Source of the DNA: an uncultured delta proteobacterium
Lineage (GTDB): Bacteria > Myxococcota > Myxococcia > Myxococcales > 40CM-4-68-19
Direction of reading: 5' to 3'
Assembly: GCA_903911145.1 (NCBI GenBank)
Contig: CAIWCD010000005.1
Location: 1-64,000, forward strand
Length of the DNA stretch: 64,000 nt
The notes beneath the pieces are model-generated. The model was not told where the DNA came from. It did no database searches and was given only the letters and a program-made list of their open reading frames with translations. The position numbers and the translations under genes were made by a program. Positions 38,107 through 47,177 of this stretch are shown piece after piece; the first letter of the stretch is position 1, and the number at the start of each line of letters is the position of its first letter.

Positions 38107-39227
38107 CTCTCTTGAGATCCGCGCACTGCGCGCCGTTGGCGATGGTCTGTGCGCTCATCGTTTCGCTTCCGAGCCGTGCGGTTGAAGAGAACGCACATCA
38201 CACGCCTGCTGATCAGGTCGGCGGCCGCATCTATCGAACGCAGGTCGACGCGGGAGGCGCTTCGATTTCGCTCTGGCGATATGTCGGTGCGGGCGGGAAA
38301 TCAGGTCCTCCGATCCTGCTGGTGCCGGAGTTGTTCTGCGAACGCATCTGGTACGACGAATTTGCGCAGGCCCTACAGCGGCGCGGTCGCGACGTGTTTC
38401 TCTTTGAGTGGCGCGGGAGCGGCGATCACGGTGTGGCGGGTCACGGAACGCCGGTCGCGCAGGGCTTTGGCGATATCTCGGCGCTGCTGCTTGGCGACGC
38501 GCCGGCGGCTTTCGATGCCGCGCTCGCAGCCAGTGGCGCGACGTCGATGGAATTGATCGGGCATGGCCTCGGAGGAGAGGCGGCCGTGCTGCTTGCTGCT
38601 TCCTCGCGCGCCGCTCAAGTCTCGTCGCTTGCGCTCGTCTCCGTTCCTGCGGGCTACTGGACTCCCAATGAGGCGGTTCGTCGTTTGACTTCAGCTGTGC
38701 GTGCCTTGCCGTCGACCCCTGCAGATATTCGCATGAGCGAATATGCGTCGATGGCGGCCCCGCTGGGAGACCCTGCGCGCCCCGGGCAATGGATTGAGGC
38801 GCAACAGCCGCTCGACCTCTTCGCGCTGCTGCTTGCTCATGGCACGTCGCTTTCTCCCACGCGTTCGCGCGAGCTGCGCGATGGCCTCGGCAATGCTTCA
38901 GCGCAGCTGCTCGGCGAGCTTGCGCATTGGATGGAATCGGGAGAGCTGGCGCTGACGGAAGGCCCGCGCGCGCCGCGGCAGAGCCTCTCGGAAGCGTGGA
39001 CGCGGATGGCGCAGCCTGCGCTGCTGGTGGTCGCGCCGCTCGACAATCTCGTCCACCCCGAGCAGGCGCTCGCGCGTCGAGGCGATCGCGCGCACCTTCG
39101 CGAAGAGATTCTTCTCCAGCGCATCGAAGGGTTCCCCGAGGACGCGGGCCACCTCGCGATTCAATCCTCGTGGGGGCCGCGCGTGCTCGCGCCGAAAATT
39201 CTCGATTGGCTTGCGGAGCATCCATGA
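38103..39227 (+). CDS. Alpha/beta-hydrolase fold protein, probably catalytically inactive
   Basis: Fold motifs present but nucleophile elbow reads GHGLG (38559-38573) instead of GxSxG. Confidence 0.7.
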   Translation: MTLLRSAHCAPLAMVCALIVSLPSRAVEENAHHTPADQVGGRIYRTQVDAGGASISLWRYVGAGGKSGPPILLVPELFCERIWYDEFAQALQRRGRDVFLFEWRGSGDHGVAGHGTPVAQGFGDISALLLGDAPAAFDAALAASGATSMELIGHGLGGEAAVLLAASSRAAQVSSLALVSVPAGYWTPNEAVRRLTSAVRALPSTPADIRMSEYASMAAPLGDPARPGQWIEAQQPLDLFALLLAHGTSLSPTRSRELRDGLGNASAQLLGELAHWMESGELALTEGPRAPRQSLSEAWTRMAQPALLVVAPLDNLVHPEQALARRGDRAHLREEILLQRIEGFPEDAGHLAIQSSWGPRVLAPKILDWLAEHP

Positions 39228-40330
39228 AGCGCGTCGCTGCAACGCTCATGCTTCTGGCGCTGACCGCCTGCTCGAACGGTTGCTCGCTCGCGCGCCGCGT
39301 CTGGTCTCCCGCGCAATTGCCGGAGCGGGCCGAGCACCTCATCGCCCAGACGAGCGACGGCTGGGACCTTTCGATCATTCATTACCATCCGCGCGCGCCG
39401 TTGCCGGGACGGCGGCCCGTTCTCCTCGTGCACGGCATCGTGACCAATGAGCGCAACCTCGATTACGACGAGCAGCACAGCCTCGCGCGCAGCCTCTCCG
39501 CGCGAGGTCTCGATGTCTGGGCGCTCTCGCTGCGTGCCACAGGAGAGAGCGCACATGCGAGCCTGATCGGCGGCGATCATCACTATGATTGGGACTTCGA
39601 TACCTATTGCCGGGAAGATATCCCGACCGCGCTGGCGTTCGTTCAGCAGCATACGGGCGCGGAGAAGGTCGACTATATCGGCCATTCAATGGGGGGAATG
39701 CTCTACTATTGCGTCCTCGCGCGCGGCGGCCCCGCAGCCGATGCGATCGGGGTCGGCGCGACGCTCGGTTCACCACTCGGATTTCGTTGGGGGCCGCGCT
39801 TTACGCAGTTGAGCGAAACGGCCGCGCTCGCGGCCAGCAAGCTCCCGGTGCTCAAGCTCGACAGCATTACGCTGCTGGGACTGCCCCTTGTGACCTGGTT
39901 CCCCGAACCGCTCGCGCTGCTTCTCTATAATCCTGCCAATCTCGAGGAATCGGTCTGGAGCGGATTCCTCGCCGTTGGTGTCGACGACGAATCTCCTCTG
40001 CTCGCGGCGCAGTTTCATCGCTGGATCGTGAGCGATCGATTCACCTCGCGCGATGGTGCAATTGATTACGAGGCGCTGCTTCCCGCGACGCGCGCGCCGA
40101 CGCTCGTGGTTGCTGGAAAGGCCGACCAGCTTGGCTTCCCTCCACTGGTGCGCCGCGGGTACGACGCGCTCGGTGGCGAGAAGGCATGGCTCGTGGTCGG
40201 CATGGAAAACGGCGCGCGCGGCGATTACGGACATATGGATCTACTGCTCGGCCAGAGCGCAGAGCGGGACGTCTTCGAGCCGGTTGCACAGTGGCTCGCG
40301 GCGCCGCATTCGAGCGTTGCGGGCCATTAG
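39224..40330 (+). CDS. Alpha/beta hydrolase (lipase/PhaC-like), putative lipoprotein
   Basis: ATGA overlap; LTAC lipobox; LLVHG, GHSMGG, GKAD, DYGHMDL. Confidence 0.88.
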   Translation: MKRVAATLMLLALTACSNGCSLARRVWSPAQLPERAEHLIAQTSDGWDLSIIHYHPRAPLPGRRPVLLVHGIVTNERNLDYDEQHSLARSLSARGLDVWALSLRATGESAHASLIGGDHHYDWDFDTYCREDIPTALAFVQQHTGAEKVDYIGHSMGGMLYYCVLARGGPAADAIGVGATLGSPLGFRWGPRFTQLSETAALAASKLPVLKLDSITLLGLPLVTWFPEPLALLLYNPANLEESVWSGFLAVGVDDESPLLAAQFHRWIVSDRFTSRDGAIDYEALLPATRAPTLVVAGKADQLGFPPLVRRGYDALGGEKAWLVVGMENGARGDYGHMDLLLGQSAERDVFEPVAQWLAAPHSSVAGH

Positions 40331-40359
40331 ATACGTCTGAATATCGAACTATCGCGTTG

Positions 40360-41292
40360 CTATCGAGGTGTGCTGCTCGCGAGGGGCTTGCAGAGTGGAA
40401 CATCCGCCCAGGTTCGCGCGTCGTGCGCGGTTACGATCGACGCGGCGTGGCCTGCATAGACTGCGTGCAGCAGCGAGAGTGAATCGGAGGTCTGCTGCCA
40501 ATCCCAGTCGGAGGCGAGCGCTGCAATTCGCCCCTTGGTCACCGGCTCTGCAAATCCCTCCTGCGTCCACGCGGCGTCACCGATGAAGAGCCAGCGCTTG
40601 CCGTCGCCGGAATTCACGAAGTAGCTCGTCGCGCCCCGCGTATGACCCGGAGTGGGAACCGCGACGAATGATCCGTCGCCGAAGAGATCCGCAGAGTGTT
40701 CGAAGCCATCGGTCGGCGGACCCGAGAATGAGATGCGATCGATGCGCGTGCGCACGCTGTCGAAGTGATGCGGCATCGCGCCTCCAATGAGTTGATCGTG
40801 CTGCGCGAGGATCCAATCTGCGTCTGCGCCGGACATGATGACGCGCGCGTTGGGCAACTGCGTAAGGCCTCCCGTGTGGTCCCAATGATCGTGCGTGAGC
40901 ACGACGTCCGTGACGTCCTCCGGTTTCACGCCCACCTCCGCGAGCAGTGCTGCCAGCGGCCTGGCGGCACGCGCATGTCCGAGGGCGAGGCGGACATAGA
41001 ACGGGGCCGCGTCGAGATCGGCGGCGGCAGTGTCGCCAAACGCTGCATCGATCAGGATCACCCCGCGCGGATGGCGGATGAGGAACGTCGAATATTGAAT
41101 CGTCCACGGCCCGCGAAACCAGCCGCGCGCGCCGTTGGAGAGGTCTTCCTGATCGGAGAAATGAACCAGGGCGCATGGCGCGAGCATCGGGAGATTCGCG
41201 CCCAGAGCGGGCCGCACGTCGATCGGCCGCTCGCGGATCGCGGGGAAGCAGCCGATGCAGCCGAGCAGGGTGGCCAATGCAATTCGTCGCAT
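40360..41292 (-). CDS. MBL-fold metallo-hydrolase (N-acyl homoserine lactonase-like)
   Basis: ATG 41292, signal peptide with Cys; THDHWDHTGG, DLFGDGS, PGHT, GDAAW, AHD. Confidence 0.85.
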   Translation of the reverse strand: MRRIALATLLGCIGCFPAIRERPIDVRPALGANLPMLAPCALVHFSDQEDLSNGARGWFRGPWTIQYSTFLIRHPRGVILIDAAFGDTAAADLDAAPFYVRLALGHARAARPLAALLAEVGVKPEDVTDVVLTHDHWDHTGGLTQLPNARVIMSGADADWILAQHDQLIGGAMPHHFDSVRTRIDRISFSGPPTDGFEHSADLFGDGSFVAVPTPGHTRGATSYFVNSGDGKRWLFIGDAAWTQEGFAEPVTKGRIAALASDWDWQQTSDSLSLLHAVYAGHAASIVTAHDARTWADVPLCKPLASSTPR

Positions 41293-41378
41293 GCGGGCGA
41301 GATTAACGCATCGTCGTCCAGCGGATGGCGCTGCAGATCTGCTGCCCGCGTTCGGCATTGAAGCAATAGAATGGAGCG

Positions 41379-41717
41379 ATGATCCCCGACGATGATACGC
41401 CGCCTGAACTCTCTGCCGATTGGGTGCTCGTGGATGCTTCGCCCGAGCATGTCCAGCGCGAACGCGCGCGGGCGCGGGAGTTGCGTGCGAGTGGTTGGTG
41501 GCAGCGCAAGACCCAAAAGGGACTGTGCGCTTATTGCGGGAAATCATTTCCGCCGCGGGAATTGACGATGGACCATATCGTGCCCGTCGCGCGGGGCGGA
41601 CGCAGCGTGAAGGGCAACGTCGCCCCTGCGTGCAAGACCTGTAACAACGAGAAGAAGCTGCTCACGCCCGCGGAGCTTCTCCTTCGCGCGCAGAAGATCT
41701 CAGTCGAAGAGGAGTGA
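41379..41717 (+). CDS. HNH endonuclease domain protein
   Basis: CAYCG, TMDHIVPVARGG, N..PACK.CN..K. Confidence 0.88.
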   Translation: MIPDDDTPPELSADWVLVDASPEHVQRERARARELRASGWWQRKTQKGLCAYCGKSFPPRELTMDHIVPVARGGRSVKGNVAPACKTCNNEKKLLTPAELLLRAQKISVEEE

Positions 41718-41744
41718 ACAGAACGCTCGTGCTATGCATCCCGC

Positions 41745-43076
41745 ATGTCCCTCGATCCCACTCGATTCCCGGTCGAAGAGTTCACCCTCGAAAACGGATT
41801 GCGCGTCCGGTTGCTGCTCGATCGCAGCCTGCCGGTCTGCTCGATCTACAGCTTCTTCCGCGTCGGCTCGCGCAACGAGCGGCCCGGCATTACGGGCATC
41901 AGCCATCTCTTCGAGCACATGATGTTCAATGGCTCGAAACGATATGGCCCGAAGGAGTTCGATCGTCGTCTCGAGGCCGCAGGCGGTTCGTCGAATGCCT
42001 ATACCTCGAATGATATGACCGCCTATTACGAGGATTTCGCCTCGGACGCGCTGCCACTCGTGCTCGATCTCGAAGCCGATCGCATGGCGTCGTTGACGAT
42101 CGATGATTCATCGCTGGCGCGCGAGCGCGGCGTCGTGAAGGAAGAGCGCCGCTTTCGCACCGATAACGATATCGACGGAATGATGGACGAGGCGCTCTCG
42201 GCGCTTTCGTTTCTCGCGCATCCCTATCGCTGGCCCGTCGTCGGCTGGATGAGCGATTTGAATCGAATCAGCAAGGCCGACTGCGAGGCCTATTTCCGCG
42301 CCTACTATGCGCCCAATAACTGCACCATCTGGCTCGCGGGGGATTTCGATCCGGCCTTCGCGCGCGCGGAGATATCGCGCTTATATGGCTCGATTCCCGC
42401 GGGGCCGAAGCTTCCCGACGTTCCTGTCGGCGAGCCGTCGCAGAAGGGTCCGCGTCGCGCGCTCGTGCAGTTCCCCGCGCAGGCTCCCGCGCTGCTGATT
42501 GGATATCGCGCGCCGGCGGGCGATGAGGTCGATTCGCTCGTGCTTGATTTAATCGAGACCGCGCTCGGTCACGGGCAGGGCTCGCGCCTCGTGCGTGCGC
42601 TCGTCTATGGCGCGGAACTCTGCGTGGAAGCGCGCGTTGGATATGGCTGGCGATTGGACCCGGGTCTCTTTCAGGTCTCGCTGCGCTTGAATCCCGGCGT
42701 CGAGACCGCGAAGGCCGAGAGCGCGCTCTATGCGGAACTCGAGAAGCTTGGATCCCAGCCGCTGCCCGAGGAGGAGCTGCGGCGCGCGAAGAATCTGGTG
42801 CGCGCGAATCTGCTCCGTTCGCTCGTCACCACGAATGGGCGGGCGCACATGATGGGGCAGATGGAGATGATGCTCGGCGATTGGCGGACGCTGTTGAATC
42901 TCGATGACAGGTACGAGGCGATTACGGCCGAGGATATCCAACGCGTCTCGCGCGCGGTCTTCGCGCCGCATCGCAGGAACGTCGTCGAGCTTGTGCCCGG
43001 CGAGCTTCCCGAGAGCGATCCCGAGGATGTCGCGCAGGCAATCGATGCGCATCTTCTTGTGGGAGGTGCGGCGTGA
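41745..43076 (+). CDS. M16 (pitrilysin) family zinc peptidase, active subunit
   Basis: LENGLRV, VGSRNE, HLFEHMMF (HxxEH), NAYT, YYAPNN. Confidence 0.93.
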   Translation: MSLDPTRFPVEEFTLENGLRVRLLLDRSLPVCSIYSFFRVGSRNERPGITGISHLFEHMMFNGSKRYGPKEFDRRLEAAGGSSNAYTSNDMTAYYEDFASDALPLVLDLEADRMASLTIDDSSLARERGVVKEERRFRTDNDIDGMMDEALSALSFLAHPYRWPVVGWMSDLNRISKADCEAYFRAYYAPNNCTIWLAGDFDPAFARAEISRLYGSIPAGPKLPDVPVGEPSQKGPRRALVQFPAQAPALLIGYRAPAGDEVDSLVLDLIETALGHGQGSRLVRALVYGAELCVEARVGYGWRLDPGLFQVSLRLNPGVETAKAESALYAELEKLGSQPLPEEELRRAKNLVRANLLRSLVTTNGRAHMMGQMEMMLGDWRTLLNLDDRYEAITAEDIQRVSRAVFAPHRRNVVELVPGELPESDPEDVAQAIDAHLLVGGAA

Positions 43077-44461
43077 GCGTGCTCGCTGATGTCTCGATGC
43101 CGCCGCTGCGCGCGGAGAATGAGCCGAGCGGGCTCGTCCTCGCCGCTGTCGAGAAGCGCGGGATTCCGCTGTTCCACGCGCGACTCTCGCTGCCTGCAGG
43201 TGCGGCGCGCGATCCGGCCGGCAAGACGGGCCTCGCGTCGTTCACGTCCGATCTCCTGCGCCGTGGAACTGCGCGCCGCAACGCCGAGGCGGTCGATGCG
43301 CTGATCGAAGGGATGGGTGCGCACTTATCCGTGGAAGCGAATATGGACGAGTGCGCCCTCGGCCTCACCGTGCCGTTCGAGTTGGCCGCGACTGCACTCG
43401 ATGCGCTGCTCGAAGTCGCGCTCGAGCCATCGTTCCCCGCGGACGAAGTCGAGCGTGCCAAGCGCCACACGCTCTCGGAGTTGCAGAGTGATCTCGACGA
43501 ACCCAGCACAGTGGCGTCGCGCGCTCTTTCTGTGCTCGGATATGGCGCGAGTCATCCCTACGGCCACCCACTCGCGGGCCGCACGCGCGACGTAGAGACC
43601 TTCACGCGCGCCGACGTCACCGCTTTTCATGCCTCCTGCTATCGCTCGCAAGGCGCGCTGCTGTCGCTTTGCGGCGACGCCTCGCGCGATGAGTTGATCG
43701 CGCTCGCCCGCGCCCGGCTTGGTCAGGCGCGATTTGCGGGCTTCGCGAACACGAAGGTCGCCCCGGATGCAGATTCGTTGGCACTCAACACGATCACGAA
43801 TCGCGACAGCGCCTACGCGATCGCAAAGCGAACGGGTCTGACGGCGCTCATCATCCACAAGGACGACTCGACGCAGGCGCAGTTGCGCATCGTTGCGCCC
43901 GGCCTGTCTCGCCGCGCGCCTGGCTGGGCCGCGGCCTTCGTCTCGAACTCCGCGCTCGGCGGCGGCTTCACGTCTCTGCTCGTCGATGCCATCCGCGTCG
44001 AGCGCGGTCTCTCCTACAGCGTCTCGTCGCGCCTCTCGATGAACCGCCATGCGGGCCTTTCGCTCTTTTCGTCGTTCACCAAGAACGAGACGCTGCGCGA
44101 ACTCATCGACGTCTCGCTCGAGAAGATGCGCGGCTACGCGGAGTCGGGCCCGTCGCAGGATGCGCTCGCCAAGGCGCAGCGCTACCTCGCCGGTCTCTTC
44201 CCGTTCAGCCTGCAGGGGCTCGAAGGCCTCGCCGAGCAGCTCTCCGATTCGGTCCTCGACGGGACAGGCCTCGACTCGGTTGAGCACTACAGGACGCTCA
44301 TCACCGCCGTGACGGCCGCGGAAGCGAAGGAGGCCGCGCGCACGTTGTCTCCGGCGCGAGATGGCGCGCAGATCGTCATCGTCGGCGACAGCGCCGCAGC
44401 TCAGAAGGCGCTTGCGGGGATCTGCCCGGTCGAGATCCGGCCCATCGCGGAGTTCGCATAG
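43073..44461 (+). CDS. M16 family peptidase partner subunit lacking HxxEH
   Basis: GTGA overlap; GLASFTSDLLRRGT, HPYG, LGGGFTS.L...IR.ERGLSY. Confidence 0.88.
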   Translation: MSVLADVSMPPLRAENEPSGLVLAAVEKRGIPLFHARLSLPAGAARDPAGKTGLASFTSDLLRRGTARRNAEAVDALIEGMGAHLSVEANMDECALGLTVPFELAATALDALLEVALEPSFPADEVERAKRHTLSELQSDLDEPSTVASRALSVLGYGASHPYGHPLAGRTRDVETFTRADVTAFHASCYRSQGALLSLCGDASRDELIALARARLGQARFAGFANTKVAPDADSLALNTITNRDSAYAIAKRTGLTALIIHKDDSTQAQLRIVAPGLSRRAPGWAAAFVSNSALGGGFTSLLVDAIRVERGLSYSVSSRLSMNRHAGLSLFSSFTKNETLRELIDVSLEKMRGYAESGPSQDALAKAQRYLAGLFPFSLQGLEGLAEQLSDSVLDGTGLDSVEHYRTLITAVTAAEAKEAARTLSPARDGAQIVIVGDSAAAQKALAGICPVEIRPIAEFA

Positions 44462-44561
44462 TCGAGCCGCGGTCGGGATGTGATGGTGAGCCGGCGCGCG
44501 ACGCTCCGGGCCGCTCTGGCATTGGTCGCGCGCGTTTTCTTTCGCGGCCGCACGATTTCCG

Positions 44562-44589
44562 GGAACAGTCTCACGCTCGCTTGCATCTT
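44562..44589 (+). promoter_or_regulatory. Putative ECF-type (autoregulatory) promoter
   Basis: GGAAC (44562-44566), 16 nt, GCATCTT (44583-44589), about 50 nt upstream of the ECF sigma ATG. Confidence 0.5.
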
Positions 44590-44637
44590 GGTGTTCGAAC
44601 GACTGCTTGAAGCGATGTTCCGGAGCACGCGCCCCCG

Positions 44638-45231
44638 ATGGATCTCGACGACCAGCTCATCGCGACGGGGCTCGCACGCGGTGATCGGGGCGCCTGCCAG
44701 CAGCTGATCGCGAAGCACCACCGGACCGTCTACGCGTTCCTGTGCAGGATGGGCGCGGCCGCGGCGCTTGCGGAGGATCTGACGCAGGAGACCTACGCGA
44801 AGGCCTGGCTGAACGTCGCGAGGATCCGCGAGGCCTCGTCGCTGCGCGCGTGGCTCCTGACGATCGCGCGCAACGAGCTGCTCCAGTCTGCGCGCCGAAG
44901 CGATCCGCGCGCGGTGTCGCTGGATGACGCGAGCCACGTCGAGAGCAAGCACGAGGCGGCGCACGAGCAGCTTGAGCGGCACCAGGAGAACGCGCGTCTC
45001 GAGGTGATCGTGCGCGGGCTCGATGAGCCGTTTCGCGAGCTGATCGTGCTGCACTACTTCCACGAATTGAGCCTGAGCGAGCTGGCCGAGACGCTCTCGC
45101 TTCCTCTGGGAACGGCGAAGTCTCGCTTAAGCCGCGCAATCGAAGCGCTGCGCAACGACTGGTCTGCAATCGAAGGAGGAGAGAGTCATGGACAACGAAA
45201 CTCTCGAGCGCGCTCTGCGCTCATTGCCTAG
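44638..45231 (+). CDS. ECF RNA polymerase sigma factor
   Basis: AEDLTQETYAKAW, LRAWLLTIARN (region 2); LSLSELAETLSLPLGTAKSRLSRA (region 4). Confidence 0.93.
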   Translation: MDLDDQLIATGLARGDRGACQQLIAKHHRTVYAFLCRMGAAAALAEDLTQETYAKAWLNVARIREASSLRAWLLTIARNELLQSARRSDPRAVSLDDASHVESKHEAAHEQLERHQENARLEVIVRGLDEPFRELIVLHYFHELSLSELAETLSLPLGTAKSRLSRAIEALRNDWSAIEGGESHGQRNSRARSALIA

Positions 45232-45709
45232 CCCGACGCCGTCGGTGGAGCTCGCGTCGCGTCTTGAGCGCGCGATCCCCGCGTCGTTTGTCGAGCGCGC
45301 ACAAGTGAGCGCTGAGCCGCTCCCCGCGCGGTCGAGCTGGATCGCCGCGCTTCGCGAACTGTTCGTCTCGCCGCTCGCGCCGCTGGGCCTCGCAGGAGCG
45401 GCCTGCGCTGCCGCTCTCCTCTTCGGGCAGCCCGCGAATCAAGGCTTCCAGTTCGCGCTCCCCGATGCGTCTCTCGCCGAGCGCGTCGAGATCGTCGAAC
45501 CGATCATCCCGCGCATCGAGCCGGTCGCGCCGATCGGCCCGAGCGAAATCCTCGAGGCGATCTGGCGCCCCGTGCTCGAGGACGGGCAGGAGCCGCTCAA
45601 CATCCTCCACCCGAGCCGCGCGGCCATCGACGCCTTCCGCCAATCGCGCGAACTCCTCGACTCCCAACAGAGCGGCCACGCCGTCGCTCGCATCAGCTTC
45701 TCGGGGTAA
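45188..45709 (+). CDS. Putative membrane-anchored anti-sigma factor
   Basis: GGAGGA RBS; overlaps the sigma gene by 44 nt; N-terminal LERALRSLP.P.PS.EL..RL helix; one TM segment; short extracytoplasmic tail. Confidence 0.65.
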   Translation: MDNETLERALRSLPSPTPSVELASRLERAIPASFVERAQVSAEPLPARSSWIAALRELFVSPLAPLGLAGAACAAALLFGQPANQGFQFALPDASLAERVEIVEPIIPRIEPVAPIGPSEILEAIWRPVLEDGQEPLNILHPSRAAIDAFRQSRELLDSQQSGHAVARISFSG

Positions 45710-45725
45710 CGAAATGGAAAACGTC

Positions 45726-47111
45726 ATGAAGATGCGAGTTGGATTGGCTGCGCTGGTCGGCGTCGTCATGACGGCGGCTTCGGTCCTCTTGAACAGAGGC
45801 CATCTCCTCTCGTTCCTGCACGGGCTCGCTCGGGGCAGCTTGGCGGACGGAAGCGATCTCGGCTCGGTTCTCCAAGGCCCAGCGGCATTCATCGTGTTTG
45901 GCGGCGCGGTCGTGGCTGTCGCGTTTGCGGCTCGACGCACGCGCGACATCCGCGCTCTTCTCGCGGTTGCGCGTAGCGCCGTCCTCGTTGGCGGCGTTGT
46001 TGGAAGCGTGATCGGCTTCACCGTCTGCGCCTGGTTCGTCAGGTTCCCGATCAAACTCGGCATCCCGGTGGCGAATGCGGTCATCTCGATGTTCTATGCG
46101 TTCGCAGCGCAAGCCTTCGTGCTTCTGCCGCTCGAGGCCGCGCTCATCGCTCGCGACTCGGGCGTGGTCGAGACGCCGCGCGCGGAGCAGTTCGCTCGCT
46201 TTGGCGGAGCCGCGCTGAAGGTCATGCTCATCGCGCTGCTCTCGCCGCCTCTGGTTGCCGTGCTCGGAAAATTCATCGGATTGCCGCCCGAGGTCTTTGG
46301 CCAAGATCGCTTCATCATGCTGCTCGTCGGTCCCGCGGCGCTTCTGATCGCGGCATCTCCTCTCCGCGTCGGATCTCGATTCGGCAGGTTGCTCTGCGAC
46401 TCGTTTCTCGCATCGGGCGGCGTCCTGCTCATCGACTCGGTGGTTCACTTTCTCGAGAACGTGAGTCGCGGTGACGGGATGGGGTTCCCGCGCGGTGCAG
46501 CGGCCATCGCATCGGCGCTGGTCGCCGCGAGTTTCGCTGCCTTGCTTTTTCCGTCTGCTGTCGGCATCGAAGATGAGCTACGCAGCGAGCGAAGCTCCTT
46601 CAGGGCTTATGCGGCCTACTTCGCAGCGATGTCGTACGTCCTGACGATCGGGATCATTGCCGCCATCAGCATTCCGATGCCGGGAACGAAGCATTCCGAC
46701 TCCAGTGCGTCCGCAGTTGATGCGTCGTCGAACAAATCCGGCGCAAGCTGGGCGCCTGGCGCGCATACGAACGTCACGACTTCGCAGATCGCTCCGCCGC
46801 ACTCGAGCGATCCCGCGGCCGTCGGCGTCGACGACATCGTGGTCCGACAGGCCGATCTCGATGCGGCGCACTACATCCGCACCTCGTTCGACGTCGTGTT
46901 CGCCGATGCAGCGCATGCCGACGCGCTGCGCGCGCACTATGCCGAGCTGATCGACCTCTCGATCCTCTACCTCTCGAACGTGAAGCACGCCGACACCGTG
47001 GGCGAGGAGAACATGCAGAAGCTCCAGGCCGCGCTGCTCAAGCGCGTCAAGCAAGTGAGTGGCGGCGAAAACGCGCAGCGGATTCTCTTCCGTGGATTCG
47101 TCTCGCAGTAG
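45726..47111 (+). CDS. Multi-pass membrane protein with MotA/ExbB-like TM modules and C-terminal FliL-like domain (paralog 1)
   Basis: Start MKMRVGLAALVGVV matches paralog 2. GGVVGSVIGF...LG..VANAVISMFYA...QAFVLLPLE; C-terminal IVV..AD.DAAHYIR.SF...LIDLSILYLS...GEENMQKLQAALLKRV...ILFRGFVSQ. Confidence 0.7.
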   Translation: MKMRVGLAALVGVVMTAASVLLNRGHLLSFLHGLARGSLADGSDLGSVLQGPAAFIVFGGAVVAVAFAARRTRDIRALLAVARSAVLVGGVVGSVIGFTVCAWFVRFPIKLGIPVANAVISMFYAFAAQAFVLLPLEAALIARDSGVVETPRAEQFARFGGAALKVMLIALLSPPLVAVLGKFIGLPPEVFGQDRFIMLLVGPAALLIAASPLRVGSRFGRLLCDSFLASGGVLLIDSVVHFLENVSRGDGMGFPRGAAAIASALVAASFAALLFPSAVGIEDELRSERSSFRAYAAYFAAMSYVLTIGIIAAISIPMPGTKHSDSSASAVDASSNKSGASWAPGAHTNVTTSQIAPPHSSDPAAVGVDDIVVRQADLDAAHYIRTSFDVVFADAAHADALRAHYAELIDLSILYLSNVKHADTVGEENMQKLQAALLKRVKQVSGGENAQRILFRGFVSQ

Positions 47112-47177
47112 CGCACGCCCGCTCCCAGACTGGGTTTGCGCGATTCACGGTTCTCGATCGAAGAACAGGAAGTCATC

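Noticed and set aside
41379..41717. HNH protein as a homing endonuclease or defence system
   Set aside because: Small stand-alone HNH with no intron, methylase or other defence partners nearby.
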